From the NCBI GenBank assembly GCA_963710605.1, contig CAVQBA010000005.1, positions 32,001 to 96,000 of the forward strand: a DNA stretch of 64,000 nucleotides. The letters are read 5' to 3'. The position numbers were made by a program, and so were the translations under genes. Numbering within the stretch: the stretch's first letter is position 1; every line of letters starts with the position of its first letter. The stretch comes from an uncultured cyanobacterium. GTDB lineage: Bacteria; Cyanobacteriota; Cyanobacteriia; Cyanobacteriales; Cyanobacteriaceae. The notes under the pieces were generated by a model. That model did not search any database. It was not told the origin of the DNA and saw nothing but the letters and a program-made list of their open reading frames with translations. Of the stretch, positions 22,694-33,240 are shown piece after piece.

Positions 22694-22928
22694 ATCGCAA
22701 GTTCTTAACTATCTAATTTAAAAGCTAGATCTTCTAAATTTAAAGAATCTCGATCAGCCTATGGCTGCCACCCTTGGCGATCGTCTAACTATTGAATTAT
22801 ATCAAGTTTTTAATTGTCGTCAGCTAACAGAATTAGTAGTAGAAAAATTGATGATAGGTAAGGGTTAAGTTATCGTCGCTTTAATTAAAAATGAAAAAGT
22901 ATTAATAGTGGTGAAATGTGAAGATCTT

Positions 22929-22984
22929 AACCCGCCTTGCAATCAATTGACAAGGCTAATAGATACCGTTTAATAAATTAAACT
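22929..22984 (-). repeat. family A copy 2
   Basis: CCCGCCTTG-N-CAAGGCTAATAG...GTTTAATAAATTAAAC. Confidence 0.85.
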
Positions 22985-23034
22985 CAAATCAAATCCTAAA
23001 AATTGTCTCACCTTTATTTTAAACGAGCATATTT

Positions 23035-23202
23035 GTAGGTTGGGTTAAGCCTCAAAAAATTTAATAGATCAATAATAGATCAAAAAAGCGAAACCCAACA
23101 GCCAAGGCGGAAAATATGAAAAAGGTTAATGATGGGTTACTGCACTCGTTATTAATGATTTGGTTGAAGTTAATAATTGATAAATGCTATCGCCCATCCT
23201 AC
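23035..23202. repeat. pair of long-loop GTAG REP-like hairpins in inverted orientation; similar unit at 36197-36262
   Basis: GTAGGTTGGGTT...AACCCAAC and GATGGG...CCCATCCTAC. Confidence 0.65.
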
Positions 23203-23245
23203 TACTAGTAAGCCCCCCTTACGCAAGGGGGTTGGGGGGATCTAT

Positions 23246-24585
23246 TTATTGTTTTAAACTGTCTATCTCAGATAAAGAACGATCGGCATAGGCTTGATAA
23301 CGATCGCGTTTACTACGTATTTTACGATCGAATTTAGGGATAATGCCAAAATTAGGAGGCATCGGTTGAAAATGCTTAGGCGAAGCCGTAGTAATAAATT
23401 CAACTAAAGCACCCATCATCGTTACAGGGGGTAATGTTATCGGAGACAAACCAAGTGCTACTCTAGCGGCATTCGTACCAGCTAACCAACCACCAGCGGC
23501 GGCGGCGGTATAACCTTCGGTACCAATTAGTTGCCCTGCGGCGAGAAGAGTATCACGGTATTTAAACTGTAAGGAAGAATTTAATAATTTCGGTGTATTG
23601 AGAAAAGTGTTTTTGTGCATTACGCCCATACGTACAAACTCAGCATTCTCTAATCCTGGAATGAGACGAAAGACTCTTTTTTGCTCTCCCCATTTTAGAT
23701 TAGTCTGAAAACCGACCATATTCCATAGTTGCCCTGCTTTATCCTCTTGTCTAAGTTGTACCACTCCATAGGGGCGTTTATCTTTATTTTCTGGTGCTTT
23801 AAAATCACCCAAACGAGCATCAAACAAACCCACAGGTTTAACAGGGCCATATCTCATGGTGTCTTCTCCCCGTTGAGCTAATTCTTCGATCGGTAAACAA
23901 CCTTCAAAAAAGTTAGAACTTTCTCTTTCAAAGTCTTTTAACTCAGCTTGTTCGGCTTTACATAACTCTTGCCAAAAATGTAGATATTGTTCTTTATTCA
24001 TCGGGCAATTCAGATAAGCGGCTTCTCCTTTGTCGTAACGAGAGGCAAGAAAAGCTATCTCTTTATTAATTGATTCGCCGACAATAATTGGACTAGCGGC
24101 ATCAAAAAAGTTAAGGTAATCCATCCCTGTTAAGTTTTGTAACGAACCCGCTAGAGTTGGGACTAGTTAATGGTACCTGTTGCCAAAACGATAATTCCAT
24201 CGGTTGGTATCTGCTTGAGTTCTTCTCTTTTAAGGGTGATTAAAGGGTGATTAGCGATCGTTTGGGTCAATTCATGAGAAAAAACACCTCGATCGACTGC
24301 CAAAGCTCCTCCTGCGGGGACACGATGTTTGTCGGCAGTGTGAATTACCAATGAATTTAAACGGCGTAATTCTTCGTGTAAAAGTCCAGCGGCTCGATCG
24401 ACTCCATCGGCACCAAAAGAGTTACTACAAACAAGTTCGGCTAATTCTTCACTATGGTGAGCAGGGCTTTTTTGGTGTGGACGCATTTCGTAGATATTGA
24501 CTTCAACACCTGCTTGAGCAATTTGCCAAGCGGCTTCAGTACCAGCTAATCCACCACCAATAACAGTCACAGAATTATGATTCAT
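23246..24585 (-). CDS. trmFO: tRNA (uracil54-C5)-methyltransferase TrmFO; frameshifted at ~24159-24177 as sequenced
   Basis: [37 protein letters not shown]; removing two extra bases restores ATGPLTSP. Confidence 0.93.
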
Positions 24586-24706
24586 TATATTTTATCTTCT
24601 TGAAAATTGCTGAATATCAAACGTTAAGAAAAACTATGATAACTTAAATTACATTTGTAATGATGACGATCGATTTCCGACTCAGAATAAATTATCAATT
24701 ATCAAT

Positions 24707-25084
24707 TTACTTACTACTACTTTTTTTGAGTAAGTATTTAATTGTTTTTAGCAATTCCATCGTTTTAAAGGGTTTAACGATATAAGCATCTGCCCCTTGT
24801 CTAGTTGCCCAGTGAACATCAAAGTCTTCACTTTTGGTCGAACAAATTATCACCGGTACATTTTCACTTCTAGGATTGCTTTTTATCCACCGACACAATT
24901 CGTAGCCGTTCATTTCTGGCATGACTACATCAGTAATAACTAGATTAAAACTTTCTTTCTCCAGAATTTTAGTCGCCTCTAACCCGTTGACAGCTTCTGT
25001 TACGCTTATTTTAAATTGCTTAAGAGCTTCGGTAATAACTTCTCTGGGAGTATGATTATCATCGACAACTAAAATTTTAATCAT
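24707..25084 (-). CDS. single-domain CheY/PilH-like response regulator
   Basis: ILVVDD, TDVVMPEMNGYELCR, GADAYIVKPF. Confidence 0.9.
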   Translation of the reverse strand: MIKILVVDDNHTPREVITEALKQFKISVTEAVNGLEATKILEKESFNLVITDVVMPEMNGYELCRWIKSNPRSENVPVIICSTKSEDFDVHWATRQGADAYIVKPFKTMELLKTIKYLLKKSSSK

Positions 25085-25176
25085 GACTGGATGAATATTT
25101 TAAAGATTAGAAGCATTGGACTAACTAATCGCTAATAATAAAATAAATAATAATATTAAACTATAAGTTAGTATAA

Positions 25177-26166
25177 CTAAAAATGCTGATAAGTTTTTTG
25201 TTGATTTAATAAAACTTTGGGTTGCTTGTTTTGTCTGTTGATAATTTGGACGGTTTTAAGTGCCTTTATTTCGCCGATAATTTGGCTATCTTTACCTAAT
25301 AATTTTAATATCTTATCAGCGATCGTGGGTGATAAACACAAGACTAGTTCAAAATCTTCTCCTCCATACAATGCCCACTCTAAGGCTGTATCTTGATTAG
25401 TAATCTGGGTTAGTTCGGTGGCGATCGTTATTTGCTCTAAATTAATCGTTGCACCGACGTTACTTTTTTGGCATATCTGTATAATTGCATCAGCTAAACC
25501 ATCACTACTATCCATCCCCGTAATTACTGCATTAGGAAAATACTCTGATATTTGTTTAATTACGTCTAAACGAGGAAGAGGATACTGATGAGCAAAAATA
25601 ACCTTTTCTTTGGTTTGACTGTTAATTTGACTATATTTATCGGGCTGAAGCAATATTTCTAACCCTGCTTTAGATAAGCCATGTTTACCTGTAATCAAAA
25701 TTAAATCGCCAACTTGAGCGGTATGACGATAAATAATCTTTTGTGGTTTTACTTCTCCTAGGGCGGTAATAGCGATTGTATTAGTTGCGGATTTAGTTAT
25801 ATCTCCACCGACAATGTTTACATTATAGGGCTTTAGGCATTGTTGCATTCCTCGATAAATTGCTTCTATCCAATCAATATCAACATCAGGAGTTAGAGAT
25901 AAACCGACTGTTATACCTAAAGGCAAACCACCCATTGCGGCTATATCCGATAAATTAGCGGTGACTGCTCGATAACCGATCGATTCTGGCGGTGTGGTAC
26001 GATGACTAAAATGGATATTTTCGACTAAAACATCAGTAGTCACAATTAATTTTTCACCTTGAGTAAGATCAAGAATTGCTCCATCATCACCATTTTTATC
26101 ACGATCGCAATATTGATTGATAATCTCTAATAATTTATGTTCGCCAATATCTTTTAATGTGACCAT
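25177..26166 (-). CDS. thiL: thiamine-monophosphate kinase
   Basis: GDDGA, TTDVLVE, NLSDIAAMGG, DSSDGL, GGEDFEL. Confidence 0.95.
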   Translation of the reverse strand: MVTLKDIGEHKLLEIINQYCDRDKNGDDGAILDLTQGEKLIVTTDVLVENIHFSHRTTPPESIGYRAVTANLSDIAAMGGLPLGITVGLSLTPDVDIDWIEAIYRGMQQCLKPYNVNIVGGDITKSATNTIAITALGEVKPQKIIYRHTAQVGDLILITGKHGLSKAGLEILLQPDKYSQINSQTKEKVIFAHQYPLPRLDVIKQISEYFPNAVITGMDSSDGLADAIIQICQKSNVGATINLEQITIATELTQITNQDTALEWALYGGEDFELVLCLSPTIADKILKLLGKDSQIIGEIKALKTVQIINRQNKQPKVLLNQQKTYQHF

Positions 26167-26238
26167 AATGAGTGTTAATTACTATTTTTCGCTTTATATT
26201 AGTTAGTGATTGATTACTATTAAAATTTTATTTTGATC

Positions 26239-27003
26239 ATGTGGAAAAAGCCACCATTACTACCCCAAGAATTTAGTTTGAATGACGAAGAAGTTAATAT
26301 TTGGTTATTAGATATTAATGCGTTTAAACATAGTTTAGATTTCTTTACTTCTATTTTATCAACAGATGAAGTTGCTAGAAGTCAACGATACAAATTTGAA
26401 AATCTACAACAAAATTTTATTATCAATAGAGGATTTTTACGCTCTATTTTATCTCGATATTTATCCTGTGATAGTCAAGATATTCAATTTGATTATAATG
26501 AGAAAGGAAAACCTTTTTTAAGTCCGCCACAACAGCAGTTTTTAAAGTTTAATTTATCCCATAAAAACCAATATACTGTTTATGGAATAAGTAAGATAGA
26601 TTTAGGTATAGACTTAGAAACGATCGATGATAATGTTCAGGTTAAAGATATAGCTAAACGTTTTTTTACTGAAGATGAATATAATAATCTTTGTCATTTA
26701 CCTATTACTGAGCAAACTGAATACTTTTTTAAATTATGGACAGCAAAAGAAGCATATTTAAAAGCGATCGGTCAAGGTATATCCGCCGGTTTAGATAGTA
26801 TAAATTTTATTAAACAAATTAATAACTTTACTTGGAAATTTGAAATTTTAAATAGTCTAAATACTGAGCAAAGTTTATGGAAAATAAATACCAAAAAAGT
26901 AATCAAAAACTATTTTTTAAGTATTGCAATTAAATCAACTAAAAATATTAAATTTAACTATTATCAAGTAGATAATTTAGATGAAATATTATCTAAAAAG
27001 TAA
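26239..27003 (+). CDS. Sfp/HetI-type 4'-phosphopantetheinyl transferase
   Basis: GKP, FNLSH, GIDLE, WTAKEAYLKAIG. Confidence 0.92.
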   Translation: MWKKPPLLPQEFSLNDEEVNIWLLDINAFKHSLDFFTSILSTDEVARSQRYKFENLQQNFIINRGFLRSILSRYLSCDSQDIQFDYNEKGKPFLSPPQQQFLKFNLSHKNQYTVYGISKIDLGIDLETIDDNVQVKDIAKRFFTEDEYNNLCHLPITEQTEYFFKLWTAKEAYLKAIGQGISAGLDSINFIKQINNFTWKFEILNSLNTEQSLWKINTKKVIKNYFLSIAIKSTKNIKFNYYQVDNLDEILSKK

Positions 27004-27035
27004 AAAAAACGCTTTCATTTTATTTAGCCAAACTA

Positions 27036-27602
27036 ATGAAAAATATTGAAAATACCGAACAACTACAATATTTAGTTGCTTCGGGTGCAAAAATAAAATA
27101 TATCTATTTTTGGGGACATCAACAGCCAAATAATACTGTAACTAAAGCCTGTTTTAGTCAATGGTATGAATCGCCATTCCAGATAGAAGATATTGTTTAT
27201 CCTACCGCAGAACATTACATGATGGTACAAAAGGCAGAATTATTTAATGACTCCTTTATTAAAGAAAAGATTTTGCAATCTCAGCACCCAGCAGAAGCAA
27301 AAAAATTAGGGCGTAGTGTTAAATCATTTAAGCAAGATATTTGGAAAAAAAATCGAGAAAAAATTGTCTTTGCGGGTAATATGGCTAAATTTAGTCAAAA
27401 TCCTCATCTCAAAGATTTCTTGTTAGGTACAAACGATCGTATTTTAGTAGAAGCTAGTCCGAATGATAGAATTTGGGGTATCGGTTTAGTGGCAGATAAT
27501 CCTGAAATAGAAAATCCTTGGAAATGGAAGGGGTTGAATTTACTAGGGTTTACTTTGATGCAAGTCAGAAATCAATTAAAAACTGCCTCAATTCCAACTT
27601 AG
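27036..27602 (+). CDS. NADAR (YbiA-like) family protein
   Basis: FSQWY, TAEHYMM, KKLGR, LVEASPNDRIWGIG, GLNLLG. Confidence 0.92.
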   Translation: MKNIENTEQLQYLVASGAKIKYIYFWGHQQPNNTVTKACFSQWYESPFQIEDIVYPTAEHYMMVQKAELFNDSFIKEKILQSQHPAEAKKLGRSVKSFKQDIWKKNREKIVFAGNMAKFSQNPHLKDFLLGTNDRILVEASPNDRIWGIGLVADNPEIENPWKWKGLNLLGFTLMQVRNQLKTASIPT

Positions 27603-27741
27603 AGTTGATGTGATAAAGCGTTGAATTAATATAATGTTCAATTTTAGTTAAATAATTGGTGATAATTGAAAGATTAAACGATCGTATTCAGTTAAGATAA
27701 AATCAAGATTAAATATTTATTGAGCATCAAAAAATACTGTT

Positions 27742-28026
27742 ATGGTAAAAGCAATTTGGAATGATACCGTTTTAGCCGAAAGTGATAATTGTGAAAAAGT
27801 AGAAGGTAACTATTACTTTCCACCTGATACAATCAAATCCGAATATTTTCAAGATAGCGATACTCATACAACTTGTGGTTGGAAAGGAGTAGCAAGTTAT
27901 TACACAGTTAAAGTAGATGGGCAAGAAAACAAAGATGCCGCTTGGTATTATCCTACACCGAAAGAAAAAGCCAAAAACATAGCCAATTATGTTGCTTTTT
28001 GGCGTGGCGTAAAAATTGAATCATAA
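27742..28026 (+). CDS. DUF427 protein
   Basis: VEGNYYFPP, TCGWKGVASYY, AAWYYP, VAFW. Confidence 0.9.
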   Translation: MVKAIWNDTVLAESDNCEKVEGNYYFPPDTIKSEYFQDSDTHTTCGWKGVASYYTVKVDGQENKDAAWYYPTPKEKAKNIANYVAFWRGVKIES

Positions 28027-28070
28027 CTTTTAACTCTTAACTCTTAACTCTTAACTCTTAACTATTTTGC

Positions 28071-29240
28071 ATGGCTTCACAAAATCGTAATTGGCTTAGT
28101 CGTTTTTCAACATGGTTTCAATCTCGGTGGGCAATTCCTGCTTATGGTGGTTGGGTATTAATAGGTATTGCGATTAGTTTTTTTGGGGCGGCAACTAATA
28201 CAATGGCAGGATGGCTTTATGTACTAAGTGGGATGTTAATTTCTTTACTTGGTCTTAATTTTATCAGTTCGATCGCTAACTTAAAAAAGATTCAAATCCA
28301 AAGATTACCCACAAGTCATATTCACGCCCAAGATGAATTAGCTTTACAATTAATTGTTAAAAATCCAACTAAAAAAAGTAAAATTTTAATACAAGTAATC
28401 GATCGTCTTCCTGCTAAATTAGGACAATCTATTACCCATACCATCGAAGAAATTCCCTCTTATGATGAAGTCAAACTAACTAAATATGTAAAGGCTGAAA
28501 CTAGAGGTATTTATCATTGGAATGATGTGGTTTTAAAAAGTGCCGCACCTTTTGGTTTGTTTTCTTGTATTCGTCATCGTCAAGTAAAAAGTAAAGTGGT
28601 TGTCTATCCTCAAATATTACCGCTTCATAATTGCCCGTTGATTGATGATATTGGTGCGGAAGAAACCCAAAGAAAATATAGTCAAAAAAACTATCAAAAC
28701 TCCACTGAAGGCATTACCAAAAGTTTGCGACAATATCGTTATGGAGATGCTATGCGGATGATTCATTGGCGTAGTAGTGCCAAATTAGGCGAATTACAAG
28801 TAAGAGAATTAGAAACTATTACAGGAGGAGAAGAAGTTGTTATTTGTTTAGATAATTCTTCGCAATGGGAAGCGGATTTATTTGAAGAAGCAGTTAAAGC
28901 TATCGCTTCGATTTATTTTTATGGTAGTCGTCAGCAGTTACCGATTAATTTGTGGATAGCGGATGTAGGATTAATTCATGGTAATCAGGTAATCTTAGAA
29001 ACACTAGCAGGAGTTAATTATGGTAATGTAATGAGCGAGAAAATTCCTGATTCTCCTGTAGTTTGGTTTTCGGCTGATACTGATAAGTTAGAAGCTTTGG
29101 TTAAAGGTAGTCGTTATTTTCTCTTTCCAACATCCACACAAAAACTATCGCCAATCGATAGTAACTCTTATCAAGGAATTGTTTATAGTAGCGAAATGTC
29201 TTTAATTAATCAATTGCAAAAACCGTTGTCTAATTTATAG
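28071..29240 (+). CDS. DUF58 domain membrane protein
   Basis: RGIY, APFGLF, LRQYRYGD..IHWRSSAK. Confidence 0.88.
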   Translation: MASQNRNWLSRFSTWFQSRWAIPAYGGWVLIGIAISFFGAATNTMAGWLYVLSGMLISLLGLNFISSIANLKKIQIQRLPTSHIHAQDELALQLIVKNPTKKSKILIQVIDRLPAKLGQSITHTIEEIPSYDEVKLTKYVKAETRGIYHWNDVVLKSAAPFGLFSCIRHRQVKSKVVVYPQILPLHNCPLIDDIGAEETQRKYSQKNYQNSTEGITKSLRQYRYGDAMRMIHWRSSAKLGELQVRELETITGGEEVVICLDNSSQWEADLFEEAVKAIASIYFYGSRQQLPINLWIADVGLIHGNQVILETLAGVNYGNVMSEKIPDSPVVWFSADTDKLEALVKGSRYFLFPTSTQKLSPIDSNSYQGIVYSSEMSLINQLQKPLSNL

Positions 29241-29278
29241 ACAAAATAGAAGAAATTATTGATTCTTCAGTAGATACA

Positions 29279-29821
29279 TCAAGCCTTGTCAAGGGTAAAA
29301 TAAAATGTTGTTCCTTTTTTGGGTTTAGATTCTAGATAAATTGTACCTTGATGACGATCGATAATTTTTTTAACGATCGTTAATCCCGCACCCGTACCAC
29401 CATTATATTTACGTTGAGAGTGCAAACGTTTAAAAATCTTAAATATTGATTCAAAATGTCTAGGGTGAATTCCAATACCGTTATCTTTGACTTGTATCAG
29501 CACTTTTTCTTGCTCATCAGTAGATTGATTAGCCGAAATTACAACCCACTTTTGTTTGTTATCGTTATATTTAAAAGCATTACTGATAAGATTAGTAAAA
29601 ACTTCCTCAATCAAAATTCGATCGGCTTTAATTGTCGGTAAAGGTAATGGTATTTTAATTTGACAATTTTCCCAGAGTGAATCTATTTCAGATATTTTAC
29701 CTACTTCAGCGATTAATTGATTAAGATCAATTTTTTCAGGTTGCAAATCATACTTACCTAAACGAGAAAACCTTAATAAAGACTCAATTAGTTGCTCCAT
29801 TTTTTCGGTCAAAACAACCAA
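29279..29821 (-). pseudogene. C-terminal remnant of a Cph1-like histidine kinase (no His box, no sensor)
   Basis: LLRFSRLG, NLISNAFKYN, DNGIGI, IFKRLH, GTGAGLTIV; frame starts after the H-box, directly beside a MITE. Confidence 0.75.
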
Positions 29822-29831
29822 TGTATGTTTA

Positions 29832-29948
29832 TATAGTCGAATGAATTTGTGATTACTTATACTTTCGCCAACCCCTCGTGTTTCTCCCCTTGAAAAGAGG
29901 AGACTTTCACTAAGACAAAAAGTGCAGTTATAAATTCATTTAGCTATA
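29832..29948. mobile_element. MITE-like element with ~25 bp imperfect TIRs and degenerate D core
   Basis: left end TATAGTCGAATGAATTTGTGATTAC vs reverse complement of right end TATAGCTAAATGAATTTATAACTGC. Confidence 0.75.
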
Positions 29949-29993
29949 GTTAATGAAAAAGAATAACTTACTATTTAATATTTTGAGACTATT

Positions 29994-30956
29994 ATGACTA
30001 AAATTTCTTTAATCAAAGCTAATTCTTATCAACTTCAAAACCTACGTAATAGTTTAGAAGAATTATTAGCACCTTTAGGCGGTATCTCGGCATTTGTTAA
30101 AAAAGACGATTGAGTTTTGCTTAAACCGAATCTGTTAACTGGTTCAAAACCAACCAAAGAATGTACTACTCGTCCTGAAATAGTTTATTGTATTGCTCAG
30201 ATGGTAAAAGAAGTTGGTGGTAAACCTTTCTTGGGAGATAGCCCGGCTTTTGGGAGTGCCATGGGTGTGGCTAAAGCTAATGGTTATTTGAGTTTGTGTG
30301 AAGAGTTAGATTTACCCATCGTCGAATTTAGTGGTAACAAGTACACAGTAGATAATCAAAATTTTCATCATCTGAGATTATCGAAAGAAGCGATGGAAGC
30401 GGATGTCGTGATTAATCTCCCCAAAATCAAGTCTCATATACAGTTAACTATGACAATGGGGGTAAAAAACCTTTTTGGTTGTGTACCGGGTAAAATGAAG
30501 GCGTGGTGGCATTTAGAAGCAGGAAAAGATGTCGATCGTTTTGGTGAAATGTTAGTGGAAACTGCTCGTGCGATCGCTCCTAATCTCACTATTATTGATG
30601 GTATTATCGGTCATGAAGGGAATGGCCCTAGTGGTGGTGAACCTCGTGATTTAGGTCTTTTAGCCGCTTCTGATAACGTATTTGCGATCGATGTTACCAT
30701 GGCTCGTATTTTAAATGTCGAACAGCATTTAGTACCGACTTTAGTCGCTCAAAAAAAATTAGGTTTATCAATGGAAATTGAAGAGATTGATTTTCCTCTA
30801 TTACAACCGCAAGATTTAGCTATCTCAGATTGGAAACTGCCTGAAGCATTAATGCCGATCGATTTTGGTTTGCCTAGAGTATTCCGCTCTACATTCAAAC
30901 ATCTTTATATTCGTTTTATAAAAGAGCCGTTATCCAATTATGCAGTTAATAAATAA
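29994..30956 (+). CDS. DUF362 domain protein; in-frame TGA at 30111-30113 as sequenced
   Basis: MTKISLIKANSY...FVKKDD*VLLKPNLL, INLPKIKSH, GVKNLFG, EGNGP. Confidence 0.88.
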
Positions 30957-31019
30957 TTAGAGGAAAGAGCAAGGAGAAATGAGAAGATAAGGATTAATAT
31001 TCTCAATTCTCTTTATACC

Positions 31020-31169
31020 TATAGCAAAGGGCAAGGGGCAAGGGGCAAGGACGGGGCTTACAAGGTGCGGAAATAGATTCCGCACACAGCCCCTCGGCAA
31101 AGGTAGAATACTTATAGATTAATAGTTTTGGTTTTTACATTTGTCCTAACCAACTCATTCTCTGCTATA
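31020..31169. mobile_element. TATAGC...GCTATA shell with (GGGCAAG)n heptamers and nested family E element
   Basis: direct reading. Confidence 0.6.
31051..31094 (+). mobile_element. 44-nt family E mini-element
   Basis: ACGGGGCTTACAAG-GTGCG-GAAATAGATTC-CGCAC-ACAGCCCCT. Confidence 0.75.
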
Positions 31170-31237
31170 TAGTTTGAATTTGTAATATTTAACTCTTAAC
31201 TCTTGACTCTTAACTCTCAACTCTTAACTCTTAACTC

Positions 31238-31471
31238 TTAACCGTTGAGCCAACCAGCACTTAAAACAACGGTTAGACTAATAAAAGTTAGACTCAAAAT
31301 CCAAGTAACACGATTGAGAGTTGCTTCAGCACTTTTAGTACTAGTGAATAATTGAGCTTGTCCACCAATTCCACCTAAACCGTCACCTTTAGGAGAATGT
31401 AATAAAACTACAAGAATTAATAATACACAGGAAACTGACCAAACAATTTGTACGATTTGATATGCTGTCAT
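31238..31471 (-). CDS. secG: preprotein translocase subunit SecG
   Basis: VLLHSPKGDGLGGIGG...KSAEATLNRVTW. Confidence 0.95.
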   Translation of the reverse strand: MTAYQIVQIVWSVSCVLLILVVLLHSPKGDGLGGIGGQAQLFTSTKSAEATLNRVTWILSLTFISLTVVLSAGWLNG

Positions 31472-31641
31472 AATTGAATAGTATTTTTTATATTAACTCA
31501 ACTATTATATCGACAAGTGCGATCGTCACAACTAGTTAAGGTAAAATAACTAATAATACTTCGGTGTAACTAATCTATAAATTTATTATTGATATTTATT
31601 ACTAATTACCTACTATTTGTTACTTTACCTAAAAGTTGTAA

Positions 31642-33240
31642 TTATAAAGAAATACTCACAGGAGTACGATTACTTTTAACTTGATAACTTTGTTTTTCGA
31701 GTAAAGAAATACCTGTCATTTCCTCAGGTTGAGCTAAGCGTAAAATTTCTAAAATAGTGGGAGCAACATCAGCTAATTTACCATCTTCTCTTAATTTAAC
31801 ATCGCCACCATGACCAACTATTTTACGCTCTTCGCCTTCAATAATAATTAAAGGTACTTGATTAGTGGTGTGTGCTGTCCATGGATTACCATTTTCATCA
31901 GCCATATATTCAGCGTTACCATGATCGGCTGTAATAATTGCTGTACCACCTGCTTGATTAATTTTGGTGATTAATTTTCCTAAACAATTATCAACGGTTT
32001 CAACAGCTACTTTAGCGGCTTCTATATTTCCTGTATGCCCAACCATATCGGGGTTGGCGTAATTTACGATTACCATCGAATAAATACTTTTATCGATCGC
32101 TTTACAAGTAATATCTGTTAATTCAACCGCTGACATAGCAGGTGCTTGGTCATATGTTGAAACCATTGGGCTAAAGACTAATTCTCTGTCCTCTCCTTCT
32201 AGAGGTTGTTCTAAACCACCATTAAAGAAATAGGTAACGTGAGGATATTTTTCAGTTTCCGAAGCCCGAAATTGTTTTAATCCAGCGTCGGCAACTACTT
32301 CTCCGAGAATATTAGTCAGGTGTTGTGGTGCAAAGGCTACTTCAACTGGTAAATTAGGATCATATTGAGTAAATGTAGCAAAATGAAGGTTATTTATTTT
32401 TTCTCTCTCGAAACCATCAAATTCATCCATCATCAAAGCGTAACACATCTGTCTAGCTCGATCAGGACGGAAATTATAAAAGATAATACCATCACCTTCT
32501 TCGATTAATCCTTCAGCCACACGAGTTGGCTCAACAAACTCATCGTAAACTTCTTGGGCGTATGATTCTTCTAATATTTGAGTGGCACTTCGAGAATCGA
32601 TCGAACTTTCTTTGGTATATAAATCATAAGCTTTTTGGACACGATCCCAACGACGATCTCTATCCATAGCGTAGTAACGTCCACAAACAGTAGCTATTTT
32701 ACCTACACCTATTTTTGCGATGTGTTCTTCGATCGTCTTGACAAATTTTACTCCATCAGCAATATTTGTATCTCTACCATCAGTAATTAAATGTACACAA
32801 ACTTCTTCAATACCTTGTAACTTACTTAAATCTAATAACCCGACTAAATGATCAATATGAGAATGAACACCACCATTAGAGCATAAACCAATCAAATGTA
32901 GCTTAGTTTTTGATTGACTAACATTTTGACAAATTTCTTTTAAAACAGGATTTTCAAATATACTTCCATCTTCTACAGCATCAGAAATTCTGACTAACTC
33001 TTGAGGTACAATACGTCCTGCACCTAAGTTCAGATGTCCTACTTCTGAATTTCCCATTTGTCCATTAGGTAATCCTACTTGCTTTCCAGATGCGTGAATT
33101 AATGTACTTGGGTATGCTTTAAATAAACTATCCATAATCGGTGTTTGTGCTAAAGCGATCGCATTACTGTTATCATTTTCCCGATAACCCCAACCATCTA
33201 AGATGACGAGTACAACTGGAGCTATGGCTGTGTTACTCAT
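31642..33240 (-). CDS. gpmI: 2,3-bisphosphoglycerate-independent phosphoglycerate mutase
   Basis: ILDGWG, MGNSEVGH, GRYYAMDRD, NPDMVGHTG, TADHGNAE. Confidence 0.97.
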   Translation of the reverse strand: MSNTAIAPVVLVILDGWGYRENDNSNAIALAQTPIMDSLFKAYPSTLIHASGKQVGLPNGQMGNSEVGHLNLGAGRIVPQELVRISDAVEDGSIFENPVLKEICQNVSQSKTKLHLIGLCSNGGVHSHIDHLVGLLDLSKLQGIEEVCVHLITDGRDTNIADGVKFVKTIEEHIAKIGVGKIATVCGRYYAMDRDRRWDRVQKAYDLYTKESSIDSRSATQILEESYAQEVYDEFVEPTRVAEGLIEEGDGIIFYNFRPDRARQMCYALMMDEFDGFEREKINNLHFATFTQYDPNLPVEVAFAPQHLTNILGEVVADAGLKQFRASETEKYPHVTYFFNGGLEQPLEGEDRELVFSPMVSTYDQAPAMSAVELTDITCKAIDKSIYSMVIVNYANPDMVGHTGNIEAAKVAVETVDNCLGKLITKINQAGGTAIITADHGNAEYMADENGNPWTAHTTNQVPLIIIEGEERKIVGHGGDVKLREDGKLADVAPTILEILRLAQPEEMTGISLLEKQSYQVKSNRTPVSISL

